From positions 1 to 64,000 of IMG/VR virus record IMGVR_UViG_3300025687_000024: a stretch of 64,000 nucleotides of DNA; one strand, written 5' to 3'. Each line of letters starts with the position of its first letter. Positions within the stretch are counted from its first letter, which is position 1. The notes beneath the pieces were generated by a model. The model worked only from the letters and a program-made list of their open reading frames with translations. It searched no databases and was not told where the DNA came from. Positions 18,462 through 28,062 of the stretch are shown here, piece by piece. Origin of the DNA: a virus. The position numbers and the translations under genes were made by a program.

Positions 18462-19396
18462 GCACGCGCCACGCCAAGGTCGAAGAAGCCCTCGTCGAGG
18501 TCTTCACGGTGTTCGACCTTGACGGGTACACCCCCGTCTCTGGCCTCACGGCGGACGACTTCGAGCTGACGGTCTACCAGAACGGGGCCGTCGCCGCCGG
18601 GGTTGAGTGCGCACTGACCGAGGTGGGGTCCTCGGGGGACTACGTGCTCTCGGTGGCAGCCGGGCTGCCTGCGTCAGGGGTCTGGGTCATCACGGCCTAC
18701 TGCACGTTCAACGAGGCGCGCTACCGTTCGGTCATCGAAGTGCGCGAGCACGACGTGGACGACATCTTCGACATCATGGTGTCCGGCGGCTCCGGTACTG
18801 AGAGCGTGACTGTGCGCATCGTGGACACGGTCCACGACGACACTCCGCTGGCCGACGTCCTGGTCAACGTCTTCAACGAGGACGAGACGGTGTTCGTCAC
18901 CTTCGGGCGCACGGATGTTGACGGGGAGCGTACCTTCTTCCTTGACGAAGGGACCTACGCCTTGCGGTGCTTCTCGCCCGGGGTGAGCTTCGACTCGGAG
19001 ATGCAGCTTGTCGTGGAGACGGGCGGCGGTGTCGAAGTCATCGAAGCCGAGGCTACCGTGGTGACCCCTCCGTCGAACCCGCAGCTCTGCCGCTTCTACG
19101 CTGACCTCATGCAGCAGAACGGGCAGCCGCTGGCAGACTTCCGCATCAGGGTCACCAACCTGCACAAGCCTACCGACTCCACAGCACTGGCGGTGGTGGA
19201 CAACGAGGCCCTCTACACGACCGATGCCGCGGGACACGTCGAGTTCGATGTGGTCCGGGGAACGCGGATCCGGGTATCCTTCGTGAAGTCCCGCTTGACG
19301 CGTGAGATCATCGTGCCCTCTCAGTCCGTGGCCAACCTGCTGACTGTGTTCGGCGCCGCCTCGGACGCCTTCGCTGTGGTGAGGAGAACCGGATGA
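18458..19396 (+). CDS. Acidic beta-sandwich (prealbumin/Ig-like) virion protein
   Basis: GRTDVDGERTFFLDEGTY and TTDAAGHVEFDV motifs. Confidence 0.6.
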   Translation: MSTRHAKVEEALVEVFTVFDLDGYTPVSGLTADDFELTVYQNGAVAAGVECALTEVGSSGDYVLSVAAGLPASGVWVITAYCTFNEARYRSVIEVREHDVDDIFDIMVSGGSGTESVTVRIVDTVHDDTPLADVLVNVFNEDETVFVTFGRTDVDGERTFFLDEGTYALRCFSPGVSFDSEMQLVVETGGGVEVIEAEATVVTPPSNPQLCRFYADLMQQNGQPLADFRIRVTNLHKPTDSTALAVVDNEALYTTDAAGHVEFDVVRGTRIRVSFVKSRLTREIIVPSQSVANLLTVFGAASDAFAVVRRTG

Positions 19397-20988
19397 CCAG
19401 CCCGAACCCTACCCTGGTGCGCCAGTCCAAGGCGTCGGACCTGCCCGTGTTGGTAGGGCCCAACCTGCTCATCAACCCTGTGTTCGAGCACATCATCACC
19501 AAGCGCGGGGCGTCGGGCACCATGGCTCTCCCCACGGCGTTCTCGGACACCTTCCAGTATGCTCCTGGGTGGTACGACTGGGGCGGGGAGAACTGTGGGA
19601 GCCTCGGTCAGCCGAATCCGGCCTCCCAGCAGTACAACCCGTTCCGTGCGGGGGCCAACTGCGACAGCGGCATCGAGATCGAGCAGACGGCCCAGTGGCA
19701 GAAGGGCGTCGTCCAGCTCGTGCCGCGGGGAGCCACCCTCAGGGGGCGGCGCATCCGCGTCTCCGGGTGCTACCGCATCCCGACGGGAGGCAACCCGGAC
19801 GACCTGACGGGCATCTCCATCTGGCTCAAGGGCGCGGTTGTCGACGAAGCCGGGGCCGGCGCCTGGGTCAGCAACACCGACTACAGCATGCAGGAGGACT
19901 GCATGCACGTCATCCGGGTCACGACCGAGCTCGACGCCGCGGATGCCGCGAACACCTACGACTCGGGGGAGGAGTTGTTCTTCCGCGCGTTCGACTCCTG
20001 GACCTTCGACGGCGTGGACGACTCGATCACGTTCGGCGGTGCGGGGGTGCGCTCGCAGCAGGCGATTCGGGTGTTCCTCCTGAACGGTACCTTCACCGAC
20101 GACGCCGCCTTGGGTGACGTCGAGGTCTACACCGAGACCCAGGTCGGGGACGGGGCCACCCACTACTTCGAGGCATTCTTCGACGTGCCCAACGAGGCAG
20201 GGCTCTTCCCCGAGGACGACGTCTGGATCATCGCCATGCCCGTCTCGCCGGACAGCCAGGGGGACATGACCGGGGACGCCACCATCGTGGTGTGGGGCTT
20301 GTCCCTCGAGGTCGTGGTGCAGGAGGCCGAGGGGCAGGTGCTCACCGGGCTCCTCAGTCCCGCGCCCTTCGGCTCCGCGATGGGCTACGGCTCGGGAGGC
20401 CTCCCCCTGGAGCAGCTGTACCGCTACCCCATCTACGTCCCTACGATCTACCCGCTGGACGTCCACGGTGCGCCGAAGATCGCGAGTGACTACTCCAACG
20501 TCTACAAGCACATCGACGTCGGGGATCGCGAGAACCTGCTCTCCTTCTACGGCAGTGGGTCGGTGGCGCTGGTCGCCAAGCAGCACACGCCGCCTCCTGG
20601 GGCGCACATCATCTCGGCCGCGTGGCGCTACGCGCTGGACACCAACAGCGGCTCGGCCACGGCCTCCGAGCTGTACCAGGTCCTCACCTTCGACCCGGCT
20701 GACACTGCCACCAAGGCGTCGCAGCAGGTCGTGTGCGACTGGGGCGCGCTCGGTACGACGGGCTGGAAGGAGTGCGACGCTGTGCGCAACCGCGTCGGCA
20801 TGTACTGGCCCGCGGACGCCGCTGATGCTCTCGAGGACTTCGGAGCGCAGGCTGCGGCCAGCCTGTGGTTCGAGCAGACGCTCACGGGCAACGGCTCGGG
20901 ACACACCGCGGTGCAGGACGGCTTCATCTACGCTGTCGAGGATCCCCGCCTCGGGCGTGCCTGCTGGAAGAACCCGAGCGGGAGCTGA
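19393..20988 (+). CDS. Acidic virion protein, possible carbohydrate-binding-like domains
   Basis: PNLLINPVFE N-terminal motif; overlap-coupled. Confidence 0.55.
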   Translation: MTSPNPTLVRQSKASDLPVLVGPNLLINPVFEHIITKRGASGTMALPTAFSDTFQYAPGWYDWGGENCGSLGQPNPASQQYNPFRAGANCDSGIEIEQTAQWQKGVVQLVPRGATLRGRRIRVSGCYRIPTGGNPDDLTGISIWLKGAVVDEAGAGAWVSNTDYSMQEDCMHVIRVTTELDAADAANTYDSGEELFFRAFDSWTFDGVDDSITFGGAGVRSQQAIRVFLLNGTFTDDAALGDVEVYTETQVGDGATHYFEAFFDVPNEAGLFPEDDVWIIAMPVSPDSQGDMTGDATIVVWGLSLEVVVQEAEGQVLTGLLSPAPFGSAMGYGSGGLPLEQLYRYPIYVPTIYPLDVHGAPKIASDYSNVYKHIDVGDRENLLSFYGSGSVALVAKQHTPPPGAHIISAAWRYALDTNSGSATASELYQVLTFDPADTATKASQQVVCDWGALGTTGWKECDAVRNRVGMYWPADAADALEDFGAQAAASLWFEQTLTGNGSGHTAVQDGFIYAVEDPRLGRACWKNPSGS

Positions 20989-20991
20989 GTC

Positions 20992-21828
20992 ATGCCTGAT
21001 GTCTACCAAGGAGTCGTAGGTCGACAGCTGCGGGTACCCCTGCGCGATTCGTTGGGGACCACGGGCCTGGCGCTGGAGGACTTCACCATCTACGCCGCCT
21101 CGGAGGCTTCCTGGGTGGCGGATGCGGAAGCTACGCTGGCACTCATCCTCATCGAGGTCGACAGTGAGAACTTCCCCGGGTACTACGAGCTGGCGCTCAC
21201 GCCTGTGGGCGAGGGCTTGCTCTATCTGTCCGTCGCCGGGACCGATACGCATCACCTGGCGGTGCAGGCCGCCCACGAGGGTGTGGACCTGGTCGGTACG
21301 GTGCAAGCTGGTGCGGAAGGGACGTACACCGTCACCGTCGAGGACGACGGCGGGAGTCCGGTTTCGGGAGCGACGGTCAAGATCTACTCGAGCGGCGGGA
21401 CCCGCCTCGTAGCTCGAGGTACGACCAACGCAGCTGGGCAGGTAGCCTTCGGGCTGCCCACTGGCTCGTACTACGTGCGGGTCTACGTGGATGGCTACGA
21501 CTGCACCGAGGTGAACCCCACGGAGATCCTGGTAGTGGCTGACCCGACGGTAGACCCCGTGGTGCTCAGCGCGGTGCCGGAATCCCCGCTCGCCGGCGGC
21601 AGCGTCACCCTGCTCGGCACGTGCCTGGGGGACACCCTGGCCGACGTGGATGTGCTGTTCGACGGGGAGGTCGTGGCAGCCTCGGCGCTGGCGGAGGGCG
21701 GCACGGCCGTGGTGGCCTCCGTGCCCGAGGCTGCTGGAGGGCCCGTGTCCCTGCAGGTACGCAAGCCGGATCCCAGCAACCCGGGGGAGTACCTGGTGTC
21801 CAACATCGTGTGGGTGGAGATCGTATGA
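20992..21828 (+). CDS. Virion protein with carboxypeptidase-regulatory-like and IPT/TIG-like domains
   Basis: PVSGATVKIY...TTNAAGQVAFGLPTGSY; C-terminal AGGSVTLLGT. Confidence 0.6.
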   Translation: MPDVYQGVVGRQLRVPLRDSLGTTGLALEDFTIYAASEASWVADAEATLALILIEVDSENFPGYYELALTPVGEGLLYLSVAGTDTHHLAVQAAHEGVDLVGTVQAGAEGTYTVTVEDDGGSPVSGATVKIYSSGGTRLVARGTTNAAGQVAFGLPTGSYYVRVYVDGYDCTEVNPTEILVVADPTVDPVVLSAVPESPLAGGSVTLLGTCLGDTLADVDVLFDGEVVAASALAEGGTAVVASVPEAAGGPVSLQVRKPDPSNPGEYLVSNIVWVEIV

Positions 21829-22625
21829 GGCCCTACCTACAGCACCTCGAGAAGACTGCGGCGCACCCGGTCGTGGCGCGCGCCGTGGAGGCGCTGGTCG
21901 GGGCCATCCTCGGCGGCGGTGTCGGCGCAGGCGCGGGGGCCATCACCTACAAGCCCGATGAGCCGAAGACCCTGCGCCTTCCCGACGGCTCGCTCTACAC
22001 GCGCAAGTTCACGCAGGACGAGCGCAGCCAGCTGCTCGACCGGGCGCTCAAGGGGGCCCTCATCGGGGGTCTGGTGGGCGGCGGTGCTACGGGTGGCCTG
22101 GCAGCCCTCATGCGACGCTCCACCGCCCGGAAGGAGAAGGCCGACGCGCCGTACCTGGTCAACAAGTACCTCACGTCGCTGCGTTCGCTGGAGCGCGGTG
22201 CCAAGAGGGACGTGGCTTCGGGGCAGCGGCATCTCGGGGATCTGCGGGCAGCTCAGCGCGGGCCCGCGGCAGAGCGTCCGGGAGCCATGCGGCTGTTGGA
22301 GGTCCAGGAGCGCATCACGGAGGCCCACCGCCGCCAGCAAGCCATCGACGCGCTCATGCAAGCCGAGAAGGCGCAGTTCGAGGGGTTCCTCGGAGCGGCC
22401 AAGAAGGCGCGCGCGCGTTCCCTCTTCGGCGGCCCGCGCTTCATGATCGCCAAGCAGGACGGGGAGAAGCTGTTCCTGCCGGCGCCGACGCGGCACGAGG
22501 GCCAGATCTTGCAGCACCTCGGCATCGACAACCCGGCCCTGTCCTTCCGTCCTCGAGGACGGCGGCATGATGCGGTCATCCCGGAGGCGTACTGGCAGCA
22601 GCGCCTGCAGGGCGCAGCGAGGTAG
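21825..22625 (+). CDS. Basic two-TM glycine-zipper protein with N-terminal YLQHLEKTA motif
   Basis: True start is the ATG at 21825 (ATGA overlap); GAILGGGVGAGAG and GALIGGLVGGGATGG. Confidence 0.7.
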   Translation: MRPYLQHLEKTAAHPVVARAVEALVGAILGGGVGAGAGAITYKPDEPKTLRLPDGSLYTRKFTQDERSQLLDRALKGALIGGLVGGGATGGLAALMRRSTARKEKADAPYLVNKYLTSLRSLERGAKRDVASGQRHLGDLRAAQRGPAAERPGAMRLLEVQERITEAHRRQQAIDALMQAEKAQFEGFLGAAKKARARSLFGGPRFMIAKQDGEKLFLPAPTRHEGQILQHLGIDNPALSFRPRGRRHDAVIPEAYWQQRLQGAAR

Positions 22626-22628
22626 CCC

Positions 22629-23303
22629 ATGGCCAACTCGATCACCCTCACGGTCACCCGGCTCGGGACTACGACGGCCGACAACCCGGCGCTGTGCCGC
22701 GTGTCCGGCTACCTCCGGGACATTCACGGCAACGCCCTGCCCGGGGAAGCGCTGACCGTGCGCCACGTGTACAACCCCATCGTCGTGGGGACGGACACGC
22801 TCATCCTGAACGAGGAGCAGGAGGTCGTTTCGGACGGCAACGGGCTGGTGCAGTTCGACCTGTACCGCGAAGCCACCGTGCGCATCGAGCTCCCCAACAG
22901 GGTGCTCGACCTGGTGCGCGAGGTCACGGTGCCCGACGCTTCCAGCGTTGACCTGGTGGCCCTGGTCTTCCCCTACATCGTCAGCGTGGCTTTCGAGGAT
23001 ACGAGCCCCGTGCTGGCTTCGGTGGGAGCCTCGCTCTCGCTGGCGGCCGTGGCCACGTTCTCGGACGGAACCGAGGTCGATGTGTCGGTCCAGGCTACCT
23101 ACGAGGTCAGTGACTCCGACGTGCTGGCAGACCTCGGGGCGGGTGCGTTCAGTGCGCTGGCGGCCGGCTCTGCGACGGTGAGCATCACTGCCGTCGATAC
23201 CGACGAGCTCACGCAGTACCAGGACCTCGACGGCGAAGTACTCGGGAGGCTCGACCTGCCGGACATCACCTACCCTGACGCGATCACCGTCGAGGTGTCC
23301 TGA
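22629..23303 (+). CDS. Ig-like (Big_2-type) domain virion protein
   Basis: ATFSDGTEVDVS...YEVSDSDV...ALAAGSATVSIT. Confidence 0.6.
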   Translation: MANSITLTVTRLGTTTADNPALCRVSGYLRDIHGNALPGEALTVRHVYNPIVVGTDTLILNEEQEVVSDGNGLVQFDLYREATVRIELPNRVLDLVREVTVPDASSVDLVALVFPYIVSVAFEDTSPVLASVGASLSLAAVATFSDGTEVDVSVQATYEVSDSDVLADLGAGAFSALAAGSATVSITAVDTDELTQYQDLDGEVLGRLDLPDITYPDAITVEVS

Positions 23304-23551
23304 TGCTCCCCAGCTTCGCAGCAGCGCTCGAGAAGTACGCCAAGGCGGAGCGTCTCTCGGTCTCCCCGAAGGACCGCGTTGCGTGGAAGGCGCGCCTGGC
23401 GCAGGCGAAGGTCCCGGAGGGCGACACCCCTTCGGTGGGGCGGGACAAGCAGGGGTTCTACGTCTACACGCACAGGGCGCGCTCGTCCTCCTACCCCACC
23501 CCCGGCGCGATCCCCCTGGCCAAGATCCGGTTCGTCGGCTCTACGGGGTGA
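23303..23551 (+). CDS. Small basic protein with FAAALEKYA motif
   Basis: TGATG overlap; motif at N-terminus. Confidence 0.65.
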   Translation: MLPSFAAALEKYAKAERLSVSPKDRVAWKARLAQAKVPEGDTPSVGRDKQGFYVYTHRARSSSYPTPGAIPLAKIRFVGSTG

Positions 23552-23574
23552 GGATCGCAGGATAGAATCCCTGC

Positions 23575-26500
23575 ATGACCATCACCTCTGACCAGCTCCG
23601 CGCCGCTGTCGAGCAGTACCTCCCCACCACGGTGAACTACGCCGCGGACCCGGACACGGGGGACATCGACAAGGCGGCGGTGTTCGCGCGGGTGCGTCAG
23701 GTGCTCAACGTCGCCCTGGCGCTCGATGCCGAGGCGGTGTTCTACCTGGTGCACTTGGCGGTACAGCGGCTGGTTGAGCAGGTCGAGGAGACCCAGGCCA
23801 TCCTGACCACACTGCAGGACAGCGACCACCTGCGCGCCGTCACCCCCGAAGCTCCCCGCGGGATCGCGAGTACGCAGCGACTCCGCGCAGCTCGGTTCCG
23901 GGTGTTGCAGGTGAAGGGGAGCATCCGGCGGCAGGGCTCCGTAGGTGCCACCGCATACGCAGCGCTGCAGGACGATCTCATGGGGTTCTTGCAGGAGGAA
24001 GTGCACCCCAATGCGCGCAACCGGGCGCTGGTGGCGCGCGCGCTGCGCGAGCAGGCCGAGCTGCTCGATGCAGCCTGGGTGGCTTCTCTGGCTGAGTGCG
24101 CGAGTACCTTTGCGGTCTACGACGACTTCGTCGAGCAGGACCTGGCCACGGCCGCGGTGGCGGCGCTGCTCGATGACGTCACCCAACGCATCGTAGAGCT
24201 CGAGGCACAGATCGCGCAGGCATCGGCCGGCGGTGCCCTGGATGTCGAGAGCCTCCTGGTAGACGTAGCTGCAGCTGTGGCTGCGCTGCGCATCGCAGGG
24301 AGTCCCCCGAGCATTGCGGGCACGGTGACGCGGGAGATCGCAGCCGACGGCTCCACGGAGCCCGACTACCGGCTCATCGAGGGGACAGCTCTCACCAAGC
24401 CCCCGTGCATCGTGGACGAGGGGACGGGTTCGCTGGATATCCTCCCCCTGGCGGCGGCGGATAGCGGCGTTCCTGTCGACGACGGCGACGGGGACCTGAC
24501 CACGCCCACGTATCAGGATGCCTCCGCTGATTTCGTGGCAGCGGGCATCGTTGCAGGGCACTACCTCACGGTGGTGGTGACGGGAGCGAGCTACCGCATC
24601 ACGCAGGTGACCGAAACGGCGCTGGAGGTCGCCCCCGAGATCCCTACGGGCCTCAGCGATGGGCGCTACGTGGTTACCGAGGATGTGCCCGGTGCGCGCT
24701 TCGCTGCTGAGGCGGGCAGTTTCATGGCGTCCTACTCGGGAGGGGCCACCGGGACGTCGGCGCTGCTCTCCGGCACCGCGGGGGCCTTCGTGCGCTCCGA
24801 GACAGGCGGCGCGGATGGAAGCAATCTGCGGACGCGCGGCAGTGACGGTCAGGTGCTGGCCGAGTTCTGCGCGGGGAGTGCCGGGGAGATTGACTCCGGA
24901 GCAGACGACACGCTGTTCACCGACGCGACCGCGGCCTTCGTCACCGATGGCGTTTCTCCGGGTGACGTGCTCCATCTCGATGATGGAGACCCAGGAGACT
25001 ACACGGTCAGCGCAGTGTTGTCCGAGACCGAGCTGACCATCGCGGAGACGTTCTCCGGTACCGCGAGCGGCATCTCCTGGCAGGTTCACCAGGCGGGCGA
25101 TGTCTTCGTGGCTCCTGGAGCCGGGCTCATCGCTGCGGGGGTTGCCCCCGGGCACACCATCACGGTGGCTGGGACCGACTACACCGTCTCCGATCTGCTG
25201 AGCTCGACGAGCTTGCGCATCACGGGGACGTTCCCGGGGGCGCTGGCCGCGGCCGAGTGGTGCGTGCCCCTCGACGCGGACGAGTTCACCACCGCGGAGG
25301 CCCTGGCTGCGGACGCGACCTATGTGCTCGAGATCTTTGGCACTGGCGGTGCGCTGGACGGGGTCTACGCCATCGCGTCGGTGGCCGGGCGTGTCGTCAC
25401 GATCAGCGAGGACTTTCCGGTGACCGGCTTCGACGCCGTGGACTGGCTCGTCTACGAAGCGGATGGCTTGACCCAGCAGTTCGTGCAGACCGATGAGGAC
25501 CTGCAGGCCGCGGGTATCGCTGCTCTCATGGAAGATGCCGACGGCCGGTGGCTCACCACGCGCCTGCTGGTCGGGGCTGCCGAGTACGCCGTGGCGCGCG
25601 TCGCCGACACGGAGACGCTGCACGTGGCTGGGCGAGCGGCGCCCACCGCTCCCGGGGCATGGACGCTCTGCCTGGGCAGCACGACGCGGACGCTGCGCGA
25701 CAGTGTCAACAGCCCCTTCGGCGCGCACGCTCCTGGGGACGTCGTGATCCTGAACCCCGGGGCGAACAACGAAGCGGTCTCCACCATCGCCGAGGTGGTC
25801 GCCGCTGACGAAGTGCTTCTCGGCGCCCCCGTACCGGCAGACCTGGGCGGGGTCGACTACCTGGTGGGCACCTCGGTCACGTCGGGGATGGACCTGGTGG
25901 TGCGCGGGAAGCGAAGCCAGATCCGAGAGGTCATCAACGGCACTTCCCTACGCGTCGATCCGCCGTTGCCCCTCTACGTCGGAGTGGACGTACCCTACCT
26001 GGTGGTGCCCCGCGGTGCCGGGTTGACCACGCGCAAGTTGGTGGACACCTCCAGCGTGCTCACGGATGATCTCGTGGGCTGTGAGCTGCAGCTGATGCTG
26101 GGTCGCCCGTGGCGTGCGGTCGTGGAGGCGGTCGACGGAGACGAGCTGTTGCTCGACCGAGAGGTGCCGTCCGGACGCCGCGAGATCCCCTACCGTGTGC
26201 TGGCCCTGGCCGAGGGGACGGCCGAGATGGTGCGTGTGCCTGCAGTCGGCGCCGAGGTGGCCGCAGGAGACCTCTTGACCATCTGGGGGGATGGGACCGC
26301 CTACACGGTGGCCAGCGCTCCGACGGGCACCGGGATGCCGGTGACCCCCCAGGTCCCGGCGAACTACGCAGGGCGCACGCTCATCACGGTGCGTGGAGGT
26401 GCGCAGAGCTACGGGCGCTACCTGCTGTTGGTGCACGCGTATGAGGCGCTCTCGCTGGATACCGAGCTCGCCCAGCTGCGGCTTCATCTGGCTGAGGTGC

Positions 26501-27399
26501 TGACCGACTGGGGGGTTGATCGGACCGAGGTCACCGTCGGCGACGCTGGAACCGTGACGCCGGACGGGGACGCCGACGGGGTGTCTCCGTACTTCGACGC
26601 CCCCGCAGCGGACTTCATGGCCGCGGGGGCTCGCGCGGGCGATGTGCTCACCGCGGTGCTGAGTGTGGACGGGACACCCACGCCGACCGAGACCTACGTC
26701 ACCGAGGTAGCCTCAGCGACGCGCCTCGAGGTGGCCCCCGAGCTCGGGGAGTACCCGGTCATCACGTGGGTGCTCGAGCGGTCGAGCGTGTCGTGCGCGC
26801 TCTACGAGTGCTCGCGGCTAGAGGCTCAGCTCACCCAGCTCACCGGCGTGCTGGGAGGCTACACCACGCCGAGGTGCCCCGCCGTGGAAAACGTGCTCAC
26901 GTTGCTCAGCGACCAGGGCATGGACCGCGCAGCCGACTTGCTGCGCAGCGGGGACATGGAGGCGTTCGCCGCGCTGACCGAGAACGACACCAGCTACGCG
27001 AGCGCTGCGCGTACCGCGGTCCAGGAGGTGGGCGCGAGCACCCAGGACGGCACGGAGAGCAGCGCTACGTCCGCGACGGCCTATTCCCCGTCTTCCGGAA
27101 CCTCGCAGGAGATCGATATCCGCTCGAGCCTGTCCTCCGGGGCGGAGTTCTTGTCAGGGGAGGACCGCACGGCCACCGCACACAGCACCAGCGTGGACGA
27201 GATGCGCAACCGGGCGGTCTACGAGCTCACGGGGGAGGTTACCAGCTCCGCTGTGACTGACCAGGATGCTACGCTACCCTGGTTGGCCAAGACGGGCTCA
27301 CGGTCTGCTCGGATGAGTGCTCGCCTGGCTGAGATGCGTGCAGCTCTGGAGTACATCCGGGACCACCCGGAGGAGTTCGAGAGCGCGGAGGTTTCGTGA
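23575..27399 (+). CDS. Large acidic baseplate-associated protein with many repeated small beta modules
   Basis: 1274 aa; helical termini flank repeated F...GV..GD.L...Y.V..V....L modules. Confidence 0.65.
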   Translation: MTITSDQLRAAVEQYLPTTVNYAADPDTGDIDKAAVFARVRQVLNVALALDAEAVFYLVHLAVQRLVEQVEETQAILTTLQDSDHLRAVTPEAPRGIASTQRLRAARFRVLQVKGSIRRQGSVGATAYAALQDDLMGFLQEEVHPNARNRALVARALREQAELLDAAWVASLAECASTFAVYDDFVEQDLATAAVAALLDDVTQRIVELEAQIAQASAGGALDVESLLVDVAAAVAALRIAGSPPSIAGTVTREIAADGSTEPDYRLIEGTALTKPPCIVDEGTGSLDILPLAAADSGVPVDDGDGDLTTPTYQDASADFVAAGIVAGHYLTVVVTGASYRITQVTETALEVAPEIPTGLSDGRYVVTEDVPGARFAAEAGSFMASYSGGATGTSALLSGTAGAFVRSETGGADGSNLRTRGSDGQVLAEFCAGSAGEIDSGADDTLFTDATAAFVTDGVSPGDVLHLDDGDPGDYTVSAVLSETELTIAETFSGTASGISWQVHQAGDVFVAPGAGLIAAGVAPGHTITVAGTDYTVSDLLSSTSLRITGTFPGALAAAEWCVPLDADEFTTAEALAADATYVLEIFGTGGALDGVYAIASVAGRVVTISEDFPVTGFDAVDWLVYEADGLTQQFVQTDEDLQAAGIAALMEDADGRWLTTRLLVGAAEYAVARVADTETLHVAGRAAPTAPGAWTLCLGSTTRTLRDSVNSPFGAHAPGDVVILNPGANNEAVSTIAEVVAADEVLLGAPVPADLGGVDYLVGTSVTSGMDLVVRGKRSQIREVINGTSLRVDPPLPLYVGVDVPYLVVPRGAGLTTRKLVDTSSVLTDDLVGCELQLMLGRPWRAVVEAVDGDELLLDREVPSGRREIPYRVLALAEGTAEMVRVPAVGAEVAAGDLLTIWGDGTAYTVASAPTGTGMPVTPQVPANYAGRTLITVRGGAQSYGRYLLLVHAYEALSLDTELAQLRLHLAEVLTDWGVDRTEVTVGDAGTVTPDGDADGVSPYFDAPAADFMAAGARAGDVLTAVLSVDGTPTPTETYVTEVASATRLEVAPELGEYPVITWVLERSSVSCALYECSRLEAQLTQLTGVLGGYTTPRCPAVENVLTLLSDQGMDRAADLLRSGDMEAFAALTENDTSYASAARTAVQEVGASTQDGTESSATSATAYSPSSGTSQEIDIRSSLSSGAEFLSGEDRTATAHSTSVDEMRNRAVYELTGEVTSSAVTDQDATLPWLAKTGSRSARMSARLAEMRAALEYIRDHPEEFESAEVS

Positions 27400-28055
27400 G
27401 CTACGACATCCAGACCATCTCCTTCGTGGACTCGCTCGCGGTGGAATCGATCACCGAGGTAGCTGGAGCGTCCCCCCGGGCGCTGCGGGTTGTGGGGGAG
27501 GGCTTCCGCTCCGCACAGCGCCTCGAGGTCAACGGCTACTACGTGGACACCTTCACGGTGGTCAACGACAGCTTGATGCTGGTCTACCCCGGCGCGGCCT
27601 TTGACTCGATCGGGACGGCCGACATGGTCATCTACGTCCTCTCGAGCTCATGGACGCGTGCGCGCAACACGCGCATCGTGTTCGGCCCCACGTCTCACGT
27701 GCGGAAGGTGACCGGGCTCTTGAAGCTGGCGCAGCAGGTGCTGAAGGTGCTCATCTCGGCGCCGGGGTCGAACAGGTTCAGCCTGGCCTCGGGCGGGGGC
27801 CTGACCTCCATGCTGGGAGCGAGCCTCTCGCCCGACGACAAGCCGGCGATCGCGGCCACGGTGGCGCAGGCGGTGGCCAGCACGCAGGAGCAGTTCGTGG
27901 CAGCCCAGACCGGCCGGCGCATCCCGGCTGACGAGCGGCTGATGGGGCTCTCGCTCCGCGGCGTGGCGTTCAACCCGGTGAGCATGGAGGTCGTTGCGTA
28001 CCTCCGCCTGCTGTCGTTCGCGGGCCGCTCGGTCGACATCCCCCTGACCCTCTGA
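27396..28055 (+). CDS. Baseplate wedge gp25/GPW-like protein with N-terminal Ig/IPT domain
   Basis: KVTGLLKLAQQVLKVLISAPGS...GGGL...ERL; directly upstream of baseplate J. Confidence 0.6.
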   Translation: MSYDIQTISFVDSLAVESITEVAGASPRALRVVGEGFRSAQRLEVNGYYVDTFTVVNDSLMLVYPGAAFDSIGTADMVIYVLSSSWTRARNTRIVFGPTSHVRKVTGLLKLAQQVLKVLISAPGSNRFSLASGGGLTSMLGASLSPDDKPAIAATVAQAVASTQEQFVAAQTGRRIPADERLMGLSLRGVAFNPVSMEVVAYLRLLSFAGRSVDIPLTL

Positions 28056-28062
28056 GGCACAC

